A stretch of 64,000 nucleotides of DNA from an uncultured virus (IMG/VR IMGVR_UViG_3300046536_000394) (taxonomy: Duplodnaviria; Heunggongvirae; Uroviricota; Caudoviricetes): IMG/VR virus record IMGVR_UViG_3300046536_000394; one strand, 5' to 3'. A program made the translations under genes and the position numbers. This document shows positions 38,943 to 48,632 of the stretch, one piece after another (within the stretch, counting starts at the first letter, position 1; each line of letters starts with the position of its first letter). The notes beneath the pieces were generated by a model that was not told where the DNA came from, did not search any database, and saw only the letters and a program-made list of their open reading frames with translations.

Positions 38943-39171
38943 CAGCGCAACGCAGATCGGCAAGCTGCGGGCGAAGCGCCAGCTTCCGGAGAAGCCGCTG
39001 GATTGCGCCATCGAGGAAACAGACGTTGTCGTCGACCTCAACGATCTCTCCGGCGCGCTGCTGCTCGAGGGCGATAAACTCCACCGGCAAAACGCGAGAA
39101 CGCGCCGATGCATGGGCGTTGGAGGGTTCTACGACCGGGTTAAAGCTTCCCAGGAAAGGGCGACGCAATGA
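38830..39171 (+). CDS. o-spanin lipoprotein (Rz1-like)
   Basis: Signal peptide with lipobox LTSC; starts inside the Rz-like gene in another frame. Confidence 0.75.
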   Translation: MCLLKRRTAVVLLAILAAALMLPALTSCGVTDSRSLTDSATQIGKLRAKRQLPEKPLDCAIEETDVVVDLNDLSGALLLEGDKLHRQNARTRRCMGVGGFYDRVKASQERATQ

Positions 39172-41567
39172 GATCTCTGAATTCATTGAGGATGGGCAAG
39201 CTCACCCAAAGATCCGGCGCATTGGCATTGCAGAACGTCGCCGCGCGCGGCTGGATCATGAACGGCACAGCGACCCCAAGTGGGGTCAAGACCCGCTACA
39301 AAGGCATCTATCGGTTTACGATCGGCGCTGGCGGAGCAAAGTCACTCAGCCCGGTGTTCTCCAACTTCTGGATCAACAATGCAGTCACCCGCGAGGTGAC
39401 TCCGGCGTCGTCCTACACCATTCGCAAGGCATCGATCTCGTTCAACAACGTTGTCGTTCCGCTCTACTTCAACGGCTCGCGATCGGTTGTCGTTCCTGCC
39501 GGCACGGTCGAGCTAAAGCCAGACCTCGTTACCCCGGCGATGTTCGGTCGCACTGACTTCCCCCCAGGCTTCGTCGCCTTCGTCAAGGTCTCCATCGATA
39601 TCGCGAGCGCTGCTGTCGTCGCTGCCCACCCATCGCCGATGTACCTCGGCGGGGAGAGCCTGCTGGCTTACGATCCGGCCAACGATGTCGACGACATCGA
39701 TCTGAATAGCTGGACCATCCCAACCGGCGCTGACCAATGGATTGCCTTCCCAGGTCCGATCATGCTTGTCGGCGAGGCCGCGCTGCCCATGACTTCCGTC
39801 GTCGGTATCGGCGACTCGATCATGGACGGCTCCGTGGACAATTCGGGTGACGGCTCTTCCGGCGGCGGCTGGCTTCGCCGCGCGACATACGCGGCCGGAC
39901 TGCCGTTCTTTGGCGTCACGCGTACGGGAGACAAGGCGCAGTTCGTTGCCGGCAGCAATGCCAAGACCAAGCAGCTCATGAAATACTGTCATGCGGCTGT
40001 CGTTCAGCTTGGCAACAACGACATCCGAGACGGGCGTACCTATGCGCAGTTTCTCGCCGATCTTAGGACAACCTGGTCCATGCTCCGCGCTGGCGGCATC
40101 CAGTACGTCACCCAGGCTCAGCAGCTATCCGAGACGACATCGACCAATCAGGCCACGACGATTGCAGGGCAGAGCATCACGACAAACTTTGGCGCGGCCG
40201 GCGTCCGCGACCAGATCAACACCACGATCGTCGCGCTCGACGGCGGCAATATCGATGACCAGATAGACATCCCATCCGTAGTCCAGTCTCTCGGAAAATG
40301 GGACGTACCGAAGTTCAACTCGACGCTGGCAGCAGCTACGACGGCCTGGAGCGGCTCGATTAGCACTGTCCTTGCGCCGCTGCCCGGCGACTTCCTATCG
40401 TTCGACCCAGGCACGCCCGCCAACCAGGACGTCGCCTATACCCACGTCAATACGGTCTCCGGCAGCGGACCCTACACGGACACGATGACGGTAGGGCCGA
40501 CCAAAGACCATGCCTCCGGTGTCGCGGTCGCCACATCCAACTCTGGCGACGGCATTCACCCGCAGCAGGCAGCGCATATCGCCGCGGCTACCAAGTCGGC
40601 CTCGCCCATACGCCGCATCAAGGCGATCAAGACACCTTGGCTCAACGCCGCCAAGTCATTCGAGATCGACTTCGTCAACCGTCGAGCACAGTCAGGCGGG
40701 CTCATCGTCCCCGTGTCGACGCTGGCCTCCTGCGTCAGGGCCTCGTCTGGCAAGGCATATGATGGGCAGTCCTGGTACGATATCGTCGCCAACGCCTTGC
40801 GCTACGTCGACGGTGGAGGTCTGCATGTCGAACCCGCTACGACCAACAACAACCGCAATAGCTCTGGAGCTGGCGCAGCCGCCCCAAGCACCCCTCCGAA
40901 CCTATGGGGCCTGAACACCGGCACAGGCATAACCTATGCTGACTACGCCAAGGGCGTCGAGAATGGCATAGACTTCGTCGATATTCATGTGCAGGCGACC
41001 ACCGCGGCTACCGGCACGACATGGGATGTCGAAAACACCATCACTACCGTTGTCGGGGACATATGGACCAACACAATGTTCCTCGCCCTGTTCGGCGCGA
41101 ACACGTCGGGCATCTCTTCGATCGTTCTAGCAGCGCGCGGGGGCAACGTCAGCAACACCGGCACAGAGTTTCCGCAGGGGGCGAATATCAAGCCCAACTT
41201 GAGCCGGAAGATGTCCAGGCAGACTAGCGGCCCATTGACGCTATCGAACGCCACTACCGTCAAGGTAAACCAGCGGCTCAACCTAAACCTCACTGCAGGG
41301 GCGGGGGGGGACTTCACCATCCGCGTCGGCTGGCCGCAGATGGAGAAGGCATCGTTTTCCACGTCCCCGATCGCCACGACTTCAGCGGTAGCATCTCGCG
41401 CAGCCGACGCTGTCACGATCGCCTTGCCGACCGGCACGCACACCCTGACCTTCACCTTCGATGACGCCTCTACCCAGGCAGTCGCCGGTCTGTCAGGAAA
41501 CTACACCATCCCGACCAACCTGAATCGACAGATCATCAACTCGATCTCGGCAGTGCGTACAGCGTAA
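39168..41567 (+). CDS. SGNH/GDSL esterase fused to a spike-fibre-like domain
   Basis: VGIGDSI (block I), QLGNNDI (block III), DGIHP (block V); C-terminal RASSGKAY...GLHVEPATTN...QME..S.STSPIAT....SRAAD. Confidence 0.8.
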   Translation: MRSLNSLRMGKLTQRSGALALQNVAARGWIMNGTATPSGVKTRYKGIYRFTIGAGGAKSLSPVFSNFWINNAVTREVTPASSYTIRKASISFNNVVVPLYFNGSRSVVVPAGTVELKPDLVTPAMFGRTDFPPGFVAFVKVSIDIASAAVVAAHPSPMYLGGESLLAYDPANDVDDIDLNSWTIPTGADQWIAFPGPIMLVGEAALPMTSVVGIGDSIMDGSVDNSGDGSSGGGWLRRATYAAGLPFFGVTRTGDKAQFVAGSNAKTKQLMKYCHAAVVQLGNNDIRDGRTYAQFLADLRTTWSMLRAGGIQYVTQAQQLSETTSTNQATTIAGQSITTNFGAAGVRDQINTTIVALDGGNIDDQIDIPSVVQSLGKWDVPKFNSTLAAATTAWSGSISTVLAPLPGDFLSFDPGTPANQDVAYTHVNTVSGSGPYTDTMTVGPTKDHASGVAVATSNSGDGIHPQQAAHIAAATKSASPIRRIKAIKTPWLNAAKSFEIDFVNRRAQSGGLIVPVSTLASCVRASSGKAYDGQSWYDIVANALRYVDGGGLHVEPATTNNNRNSSGAGAAAPSTPPNLWGLNTGTGITYADYAKGVENGIDFVDIHVQATTAATGTTWDVENTITTVVGDIWTNTMFLALFGANTSGISSIVLAARGGNVSNTGTEFPQGANIKPNLSRKMSRQTSGPLTLSNATTVKVNQRLNLNLTAGAGGDFTIRVGWPQMEKASFSTSPIATTSAVASRAADAVTIALPTGTHTLTFTFDDASTQAVAGLSGNYTIPTNLNRQIINSISAVRTA

Positions 41568-41586
41568 TCTCCTGGAGGAATGGCCT

Positions 41587-41775
41587 ATGAAACTGGCTGA
41601 AGCAACGATGGAGGAAATCACGGTTCGCGCTGTGATCACTCGCGCCGACGGTTCCGTCGAGGACTGCGGCACCATCGCTCATTGGCAGCGCGACGAACCA
41701 GAAACCCCTCTTTCCAAAAGATGGATTGGGGTGCTGAAGAATTTCTTTTCACCCCCTGACATGAAGGACGATTGA
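41587..41775 (+). CDS. hypothetical protein
   Basis: GGAGG RBS; AVITRADGSVEDCG. Confidence 0.6.
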   Translation: MKLAEATMEEITVRAVITRADGSVEDCGTIAHWQRDEPETPLSKRWIGVLKNFFSPPDMKDD

Positions 41776-42155
41776 CTATGGTTGCTCGCGTACAGAATGG
41801 CGGCTTGGCCCGCATCACGACATTGCTTGCCGCCGCTTCGTGGTGGCTGCAATGGGGAACCGGTTCGGCCGCTGCGGCGACCGCCAACGTGGTCACAACC
41901 ACGACAACAACTGAGGCCCGCGCCTCGGCGACGCCGTCACAGGTCACCGGAACCGTCACCAATGACACGCTCCGGCTGGCCGCCACGCTCACAGCGGCCG
42001 GCGCCCGGGCGATCACCGAAGTCGGCGCCTTCGATGCCGCCGGGGCCTCTTCGCCGCCGACCGGTGGGAACATGGACATCTACGGCGACTTCACCGTGAT
42101 CAACTTGGCATCCGGCGATTCCATCGCGTTCACGGTGGATACCCGCTTCTCATAA
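41772..42155 (+). CDS. small fibre-base structural protein
   Basis: WGTG, ITEVGAFDA..GGNM, F.VINLASGDSIAFT pattern typical of phage fibre-associated proteins. Confidence 0.7.
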   Translation: MTMVARVQNGGLARITTLLAAASWWLQWGTGSAAAATANVVTTTTTTEARASATPSQVTGTVTNDTLRLAATLTAAGARAITEVGAFDAAGASSPPTGGNMDIYGDFTVINLASGDSIAFTVDTRFS

Positions 42156-42164
42156 GGGGCGACA

Positions 42165-44501
42165 ATGACATACACGTTCACCAACACTGAGGCATCGGCC
42201 TACGTTGCCCGGATGACGGTGACGCCTTCGGACCCGAGATGCGCCCTCATAGACAACTATGTGGGCGCTCTCAAAACGGCGGGCATCTGGACCAAGCTCG
42301 ACGCGCTTTACATCCATGCGGCGGCCGACCAACAGTCAGCTCTCCTCAACGCGGTCCAGAACGCGTACAACGAGACCATTGTTGGCACGGTCACGTTCAC
42401 CACGGATCGCGGCCTCAAGTCCTCGCTTCAGTCCGGCGCCAACTATCTCACGACGGGGTTCAACCCCACCTCGGCATCAAGCCCAAAGTTCACTCAGAAC
42501 AGCGCCAACAAGTTCGGTTGGGGCCTCGAGACGACGGTTCACCCGGCCCCGGTATGCGGATCCGCGACGACACAGCTAAGCTACATCTTCCCGGCTTGGG
42601 GTGACGGCAACGGTTACACGACTCTGAACGGGCCTGAATTCTCCATTGCATCCACCGATGCCTCCGGACTTTGGGCGACGTCACGCGTGGCCTCAACCGG
42701 ACACTCGACCTACAAGAACGGCGCTCTGTTGGGCCTGTTCACCGGCACGTCGACTGGCGTAGACAATTCGATCTTCCAAGGGTTGCGTGATGCCAATACC
42801 ACCAACACCTTAACCAACAACCTCGCGATATGGGGATTTGGTTCCGGCCTGACTGGCACGGAAGAGACGGCGCTATACAATGCGACGTTGACCTATCTCC
42901 AAGGCGTCGGAGCGGTTGCCGGCGGCGCGACAACGACACCAAAGACGGTCTCCCCTACGCCGACCGGAACCGTCACCATTACTCGATCGGTCACCAAGAA
43001 GTTGGCGCCGACCTCCACCTCGACCGTGGCGTTGGCTCGATCAGTCGCCAAGAACGTTGCGGTCACATCTGCCAGCGCTGTTGCCGTCACCAGGCGGGCG
43101 GCAAAGGGCATCGCAGCGACATCGACTTCTGTCGTCAGCTCGGTTCGGTCGACCATCAAGTCGATCCTGGCAACAAGCGCTTCGGCGGTCACCGCGACGG
43201 CGTCACGCGCTTATCTGCGGACGATTACGGTGCTTTCGACAAGCGCGGTTTCCCAGGTCAAGGGATCCGCGAAGTCCGTCGCCTCGGTTTGCGCGTCCTC
43301 TGTCACCTGGACAACGGTTCGGGCTTATCTGAAAGCGATTGCGGCGACATCGTCCAGCGTCGTGACGCAAGCCAAAGGCGTGAAGAAGTCCATTGCGGCA
43401 ACGGCCTCTGGATCTGTCGTAGCCGCTGCCAGCCGCGCTACAATCAAGGCCATATCGATCGTGTCGACCACCGCGGTATCGTCCACCCGCGCGGCCGGCA
43501 AGATCCTGGCTGCGGCGCTCGCCACAACGTCGACCATCTCGCCAAGGCAAGCGCTGTCGAGGTCAATCTCGGTCCTGTCGACAAGCGCTTCATCTGTGGT
43601 CAAGGGCGCCACCAAGAAGATCGCCGTGCTGTCGTCGTCGGTCTCGTTGGCGTCGGGGATCCGTGTCGCCATCGTTTTTGTCTCGGCTGCTTGCGCATCG
43701 TCGGTGACGAAAGCTGCCCGGGTATCGAAGAACGTCACGGTGGCCAGCACCTCGAGCGTCCTGGCGGCGAAGGCGATCGCTAAGCGTCTAGCTGTTTCGA
43801 TCGCTTCCGCGGCCTCGCTATCGTTGACCAAGGCTTACCTGCGAACCGTGTCGGTAGCCGCTACGTCGACAGCAACGATGTCCAGGGCAACCGGCAAGGC
43901 GATCTCCGCTTCGGTCTCCAGCTTGGCATCGGTGGCGAAGCGTGCCGCCATTGGCGTGTACGTAACCGCGACGTCGGTCTCTTCGGCACTCTCGGATCGC
44001 TCGCAGAAGCTCTATGCGGCGGCCGTCGCTGTCGCAGCTCATACGTCCGTCGTCTGGAGTTGGGCAATCATTCGCCTCGGAACGGTCACGCCGCCGGAGC
44101 GGATCGCCCATCTCGCCCGCGAGGATCGCGTAGCAACGGTTCCGGCAGAGGTTCGGATCGCCTGGATCGCCGCCGAAAACAGAACGGCCATAATCACCAC
44201 AAATCGAGGATCAGATATGACTAGCATTGCGACCTGGCCTATCAAAGATCCCGATGAGGTGAAGGACTACGCCGCGGAATGGTCCGCTCTTCTCGGGCCC
44301 GATACCATCGCCACCTCCACCTGGACCCTTTCCTCCGGATCCGGTCTCGCCTTGGGCGCTCAGTCGAACACAGACAAGGCAACAACGATCTGGTTTTCAG
44401 GCGGGGTGGATGGAGCGAACTACGTTCTGGTCAACCGGATCACAACCGCGGCCGGCCGGACCTTCGACAGATCCTTCGCGCTTAAGGTCCGAACGCTGTG
44501 A
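42165..44501 (+). CDS. repeat-rich fibre protein with C-terminal fibre-adaptor domain
   Basis: N-terminal LKTAGIWTKLD globular domain; about 20 Ser/Thr/Ala repeats of 18-20 aa; C-terminal KDPDEVKDY...NRITTAAGR. Confidence 0.75.
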   Translation: MTYTFTNTEASAYVARMTVTPSDPRCALIDNYVGALKTAGIWTKLDALYIHAAADQQSALLNAVQNAYNETIVGTVTFTTDRGLKSSLQSGANYLTTGFNPTSASSPKFTQNSANKFGWGLETTVHPAPVCGSATTQLSYIFPAWGDGNGYTTLNGPEFSIASTDASGLWATSRVASTGHSTYKNGALLGLFTGTSTGVDNSIFQGLRDANTTNTLTNNLAIWGFGSGLTGTEETALYNATLTYLQGVGAVAGGATTTPKTVSPTPTGTVTITRSVTKKLAPTSTSTVALARSVAKNVAVTSASAVAVTRRAAKGIAATSTSVVSSVRSTIKSILATSASAVTATASRAYLRTITVLSTSAVSQVKGSAKSVASVCASSVTWTTVRAYLKAIAATSSSVVTQAKGVKKSIAATASGSVVAAASRATIKAISIVSTTAVSSTRAAGKILAAALATTSTISPRQALSRSISVLSTSASSVVKGATKKIAVLSSSVSLASGIRVAIVFVSAACASSVTKAARVSKNVTVASTSSVLAAKAIAKRLAVSIASAASLSLTKAYLRTVSVAATSTATMSRATGKAISASVSSLASVAKRAAIGVYVTATSVSSALSDRSQKLYAAAVAVAAHTSVVWSWAIIRLGTVTPPERIAHLAREDRVATVPAEVRIAWIAAENRTAIITTNRGSDMTSIATWPIKDPDEVKDYAAEWSALLGPDTIATSTWTLSSGSGLALGAQSNTDKATTIWFSGGVDGANYVLVNRITTAAGRTFDRSFALKVRTL

Positions 44502-44638
44502 AAACCGGCTTGGTCTATATCGCCTTGATGATTTCACTGGCGGGCCTCCTCGGACTCGAGTGGAATTCCATCCCGGAAGAAAGCGGGCGGCTGCATATGG
44601 CCGCCATCTCCACAACCTCTCAACGCATAGGGGATTGA
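44498..44638 (+). CDS. possible 46-aa membrane peptide
   Basis: GTG overlapping the upstream TGA; MKTGLVYIALMISLAGLLGL. Confidence 0.35.
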   Translation: MKTGLVYIALMISLAGLLGLEWNSIPEESGRLHMAAISTTSQRIGD

Positions 44639-44698
44639 CAACATGCCGAATTTTGCAGGCTACGTAACGTTAGCTCTCATGCATCGGGGTGATTCGGC

Positions 44699-44941
44699 AT
44701 GGACAAACTGATCGAAGCGACGATATCCTCCATCAACGCGTCTGGTGTCGCCGCCCCCCTCGTCTTCGTTCTCATCTGCGGGTGCAGCGTTTTGTACGCA
44801 ACGTGTCGTCGCCTCTTCACGTTGTACCAGGCCGCAATGGAAGCTCGCATCGTCGAGAAGGAGGCCGTCTTGAAAACCGTTGCCGAATTCAGAACATCCA
44901 TAGATCGTCTCTCAGACACCCTTCGGATGGGCGCAAAATGA
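44699..44941 (+). CDS. single-TM coiled-coil protein
   Basis: Hydrophobic GVAAPLVFVLICGCSVLY then helical tail. Confidence 0.6.
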   Translation: MDKLIEATISSINASGVAAPLVFVLICGCSVLYATCRRLFTLYQAAMEARIVEKEAVLKTVAEFRTSIDRLSDTLRMGAK

Positions 44942-45144
44942 GAGTTCCGATTTGGAAGCTCATATTCTGGAAGCAGCCGATCGAGGCTGAAGAAGACGAC
45001 GACGTCGCCCTGGCAATCAAGGCGGCTATCCGGGAAGTGCAGAAAGCCCATTCAGAGCTCGACAAGACAATGGATGCCTTGCTCGAAAACAACCAACGAC
45101 TGAGAGTCCAACGTGGCAAAGCTCATCTTCACCCGCCTCATTAA
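44938..45144 (+). CDS. small coiled-coil protein
   Basis: ATGA coupling; MRVPIWKLIFWK... Confidence 0.55.
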   Translation: MRVPIWKLIFWKQPIEAEEDDDVALAIKAAIREVQKAHSELDKTMDALLENNQRLRVQRGKAHLHPPH

Positions 45145-45667
45145 ACTGAGATCGAACACGACTGTCCTGTGGATGGTTCTGCCGTTCGTAATGTTTTGGT
45201 CGATCTCCCTGTTCACTCCAACCGCTTTACTGATCCAGGTCTTGAACTGCATCCTGATCGCGATGGCGGCCGGGGTGGCGGCAACCTATTTCCCTACGGT
45301 ACGGGAAGGGGTGAGATCCGGCGAGATGCCGCGCTACACACACTTGGCTGTCGGTATTTTCTTCGGCTGGATGGCGCTTGTCATGGCGAGATCATGGTCC
45401 GGCATCAGCCGGGTCTATCCGGAATGGACGTGGATGAAGGACAGCAGCTTCGTTGCCTTCTACATCTTCACGTCGATCATGGCGGCCGTGTTCCACATCT
45501 CCGCCCCAGGAGCGATCAACGGGGTGATCCCAACGAAGAACTGGATCCACATCGGCATCGCCGTGATGATCGGGGTTCTAATCGGGATCATCGCAACGTT
45601 CCTGGTGACCGGGATCAACCTCGCCGATGCGGCGGAATATGGCGGCGTGCTGCCGTCTATGTCTTAA
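45113..45667 (+). CDS. multi-pass membrane protein
   Basis: About five hydrophobic segments in 184 aa. Confidence 0.75.
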   Translation: MAKLIFTRLIKLRSNTTVLWMVLPFVMFWSISLFTPTALLIQVLNCILIAMAAGVAATYFPTVREGVRSGEMPRYTHLAVGIFFGWMALVMARSWSGISRVYPEWTWMKDSSFVAFYIFTSIMAAVFHISAPGAINGVIPTKNWIHIGIAVMIGVLIGIIATFLVTGINLADAAEYGGVLPSMS

Positions 45668-45670
45668 AAG

Positions 45671-45708
45671 CAAAAGGGCCGCTGGATTATCTCCGGCGGC
45701 CCCATTTC
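45671..45708. terminator. intrinsic terminator between convergent operons
   Basis: GGGCCGCTGGA/TCCGGCGGCCC stem with AAAA before and ATTTC after. Confidence 0.75.
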
Positions 45709-45925
45709 ATTCTGACTTTTCTCGCTTGTCGAGCTCTTCCTTGCCCCATCGATCGCGGATCTCGACCCTCCGGCACGATGGAGCCATTATGAAGGAAGAC
45801 GCCATGGTCTCCGCGACGGTTCTCCATTCCGTCCAGCCGCAGACCGTCAACTCCCCCTCTATCGGATACCCAAAACACGCGACCTCGTAGCGCTGGCCTT
45901 TATCGCCGGTTGGCTTCATCGTCAT
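45707..45925 (-). CDS. hypothetical protein
   Basis: MTMKPTGDKGQRYEV; coupled to the upstream stop. Confidence 0.6.
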   Translation of the reverse strand: MTMKPTGDKGQRYEVACFGYPIEGELTVCGWTEWRTVAETMASSFIMAPSCRRVEIRDRWGKEELDKREKSE

Positions 45926-46107
45926 CACGCAAAATCCCCAACGCGGATCCCTTGATCCTCGAGGGCCGCACTGATCTGCCGCAAGGTGTCCGTGATCAGT
46001 TGCTCGAGGCGCTCCATCTCGACTGCGTTCTTGAATGGATCCTCGGCGGCCAGCTTCTCCCACTGTGCTTTCCACTCATCTGTCTGTGCGTAGTATTTGT
46101 CGATCAT
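45925..46107 (-). CDS. hypothetical protein
   Basis: 60 aa, overlaps neighbours. Confidence 0.6.
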   Translation of the reverse strand: MIDKYYAQTDEWKAQWEKLAAEDPFKNAVEMERLEQLITDTLRQISAALEDQGIRVGDFA

Positions 46108-46343
46108 CGCATCGATACTCCTTCAACTGTGATTATCGTTCCCTCTGTCTTAACCGAGAATTTGCTGTCGGCTTGGTTGTCGAGGAAGATGATGGTCTCC
46201 GGATATCCCCACCGGATGCTTATCCGATGCCGGGCGATCCCGGCCTTCATCAGCGCCCTCAGGCGATCCTCTATGGCCTCGTTATAGACCCGGGTAATTT
46301 CAACCTGCATAGACCAAAGCTTGCTCTCGAGCGTGTCCGTCAC
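46104..46343 (-). CDS. hypothetical protein
   Basis: GTG start overlapping the upstream stop. Confidence 0.55.
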   Translation of the reverse strand: MTDTLESKLWSMQVEITRVYNEAIEDRLRALMKAGIARHRISIRWGYPETIIFLDNQADSKFSVKTEGTIITVEGVSMR

Positions 46344-46546
46344 TCCATCATCTCCCGCTTGCATGGTCCGTCGCACCAAAAATGGATAACCTGTTTCTTC
46401 CCGACAAGCTTTCCGTGGACTCTGCCGTCGCACTTCGAACACTTCCCGGAGTCGACGGACAAGCCTTTCTTCAGCATCCGCTCTTTCATTTTCATGCCGG
46501 CGAAGACGCACGCATCCATCTCCTTCCAGGTCGCGCCGTCCCTCAC
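46340..46546 (-). CDS. small zinc-ribbon protein
   Basis: CSKC...HFWCDGPC. Confidence 0.6.
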   Translation of the reverse strand: MRDGATWKEMDACVFAGMKMKERMLKKGLSVDSGKCSKCDGRVHGKLVGKKQVIHFWCDGPCKREMME

Positions 46547-46926
46547 TTCACGATCCTCAATCCTGGAGGCGGATTGCCACGGTAAGCAAGGATCTCGCGC
46601 TTCACCGGCTTTACACGGATCTGGATATGGATGAAGGCGTCGGCCTCTCTCGAGGGGATCTCGACGTGATCGTATTGCAGGTGCTCTTCGATATCCTTTT
46701 CCATGATGCCACGCTGGATCTCATAGGTTAGATCGGCGATGAGGCGCTCGATCCGTTCCTGCCGGATGTTCATTGGAACGACCAACTGGAAGCGCTTGTC
46801 GAATTCCGATTTTCCAAGGTAGTGGGGTTTCCCGCCGCTCTCGAGCTTAAAGGAAACCATGAAGCCATCATCAGAAATGATGACGTAGGTTTTACCGTCT
46901 GCTGTGTTGAGGTATTTATCTGCCAT
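46543..46926 (-). CDS. hypothetical protein
   Basis: Start MADKYLN after GGGAG RBS. Confidence 0.6.
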   Translation of the reverse strand: MADKYLNTADGKTYVIISDDGFMVSFKLESGGKPHYLGKSEFDKRFQLVVPMNIRQERIERLIADLTYEIQRGIMEKDIEEHLQYDHVEIPSREADAFIHIQIRVKPVKREILAYRGNPPPGLRIVK

Positions 46927-47168
46927 TAGGCGCTCCCTGCTTTGACTCGGATCACTGGCCGCCGGTATTCGATGACCTGTGTCTTCGGATTTTGATGAGC
47001 GATAACCCAATAGGATTTGCCCGTTTTGGAGCTACCGTCCTGGATGACCAGCTCGCGGCGGAAAGTGGTGACGCGACCTGGGAAAAACTTATCCGCGAGG
47101 GTGAAGGCTGGCAGCGCTTCGAACGCCGCCAGTGTCATCTCCTCTCTTGCGAGCTGATCGAACCCCAT
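46926..47168 (-). CDS. hypothetical protein
   Basis: 80 aa, operon packing. Confidence 0.6.
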   Translation of the reverse strand: MGFDQLAREEMTLAAFEALPAFTLADKFFPGRVTTFRRELVIQDGSSKTGKSYWVIAHQNPKTQVIEYRRPVIRVKAGSA

Positions 47169-47172
47169 TGGA

Positions 47173-47529
47173 TTAATTCCACACGATGCGGTCGAACAGC
47201 ACCGCGGTCCCGTAGATCGCCGGAATGCTCTCCGGATCTTCCTTGGGGTGGCGCTTCAACCAATTGTTGCGATAGATCGCCGTCGCGGCTTCGTTCCGCG
47301 GCAACTGTTTTCTGACGCCATGCTCATCAACGAACATGTCGGCCTGCTTCCCTTCATGCAGAACGCTGACGTGCTCGAGGTTGCAGCCAGGCCCCAAGAG
47401 CGGAAGGATTAGCGACTGATGGTGGGTGAGCCCGGGCTCCTCTGGCCAAAGGATGGTCCCCTTTGAGCTGGAGCCGTCGGCGTTGTAGACGGTGAAACCC
47501 GTCATGATTAGATCTTCGTCCATTGTCAA
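47173..47529 (-). CDS. hypothetical protein, DUF3846-like
   Basis: MFVDEHG...LPRNEAAT...IYGTAVL. Confidence 0.6.
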   Translation of the reverse strand: MTMDEDLIMTGFTVYNADGSSSKGTILWPEEPGLTHHQSLILPLLGPGCNLEHVSVLHEGKQADMFVDEHGVRKQLPRNEAATAIYRNNWLKRHPKEDPESIPAIYGTAVLFDRIVWN

Positions 47530-47912
47530 AATGCTCCTGCCATGATGATGGCTGTTGCGGGATCCACGGCGGCGTCACCAAACTCCGTGAAGAGACCCCA
47601 AATGATGAGGCAAGCGAGGTGCGGGTTAATCCGCTGGCCTCGCCAGAACGCGGCTTCGTCCATCGTGTGCTGTTCGTCATGCAGCGACTTCATCATCGGC
47701 AGCGTCCAGCGATCGCCGGCCTTGGACTGTCGGGCACGGCCGTAGTGACCGTAATCCCGGTTTGGGAAGGAGACGTGGATCCCCTCGACGTCGACCTGGC
47801 GACGCGTGATGATGCACGGTAGCCGGTGGATGAATTTGGTGTAGGACGGCTCCTTCTTCGCGGTCTGTTTGACGAAGTAGGGATCTGCGGTTTTCTTAAT
47901 CATCGATGCCAT
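47526..47912 (-). CDS. DUF968-like (HNH-related) protein
   Basis: Y.KFIHRLPCII...H...KAGDRWTLPM...HDEQH..DEAAFW. Confidence 0.7.
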   Translation of the reverse strand: MASMIKKTADPYFVKQTAKKEPSYTKFIHRLPCIITRRQVDVEGIHVSFPNRDYGHYGRARQSKAGDRWTLPMMKSLHDEQHTMDEAAFWRGQRINPHLACLIIWGLFTEFGDAAVDPATAIIMAGAF

Positions 47913-47913
47913 T

Positions 47914-48252
47914 TTAGTAATCCTCCTCAGTCAAGTCCGGAACGCCTGAAGCGTCGATGCCGACGGATGTCAGCAGATCGCGCAATTGATCTTGTGAGTG
48001 ATCGAACCAGCGATCGCGAATGAAGAGCTTTTCTCCCTCTCCCCGCACGAAGAATTTGCATTGACGTCCATGGACGTAATCCATGTACACACGATCAACC
48101 GGGCGCCCCATGGCGATGATCGCTTTTGCGTCTTCCGTCGAAAGCTCGCCCTCCTGAAAATGCAGCCCGCCCATTCCAACCGGCCTGCTCCTGGCGTAGG
48201 CACCTTTGACGAGGGCGATAAGGTCTACGCCGGTTACTTCGATATTTGCCAT
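47914..48252 (-). CDS. hypothetical protein
   Basis: AAGGAG RBS; SRPVGMGGLHF, YMDYVHGR. Confidence 0.65.
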   Translation of the reverse strand: MANIEVTGVDLIALVKGAYARSRPVGMGGLHFQEGELSTEDAKAIIAMGRPVDRVYMDYVHGRQCKFFVRGEGEKLFIRDRWFDHSQDQLRDLLTSVGIDASGVPDLTEEDY

Positions 48253-48632
48253 TAGTAAGGTCTCCTTCTGTTGATTGGGATCATGTCGGCGGCATCCATC
48301 CAGCGCATCCACCGCCTCGGGTTGATATCGAAGCATTCGTGATCGAGGACGACGGAAAGCGTCCTCATAGCGCGGATGTAACGCTCCGGATCCTGGTCAA
48401 GCGCCAAGAACATAACAAACGCCATGGTCTCTTTGCGCATGAACCTGAAAACGTTCGGCATCTTCTGCAGCTCGATGCCCTTCTGATGCGCGAGATCAAA
48501 CATCAGCCGCGCCGTGTAGTCGACGCTCCTCGACGTCGGGCAGATGTAGAGAACCATTTGCGGTCCATCCATCATCTCGAGGACGTCGAGGAGCTGGCGT
48601 GTCGTGCGGCCCGATCCGCGTCCTCCGTTCAT
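48252..48632 (-). CDS. hypothetical protein with P-loop-like N-terminus
   Basis: GRGSGRTT...VVLDH. Confidence 0.55.
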   Translation of the reverse strand: MNGGRGSGRTTRQLLDVLEMMDGPQMVLYICPTSRSVDYTARLMFDLAHQKGIELQKMPNVFRFMRKETMAFVMFLALDQDPERYIRAMRTLSVVLDHECFDINPRRWMRWMDAADMIPINRRRPY

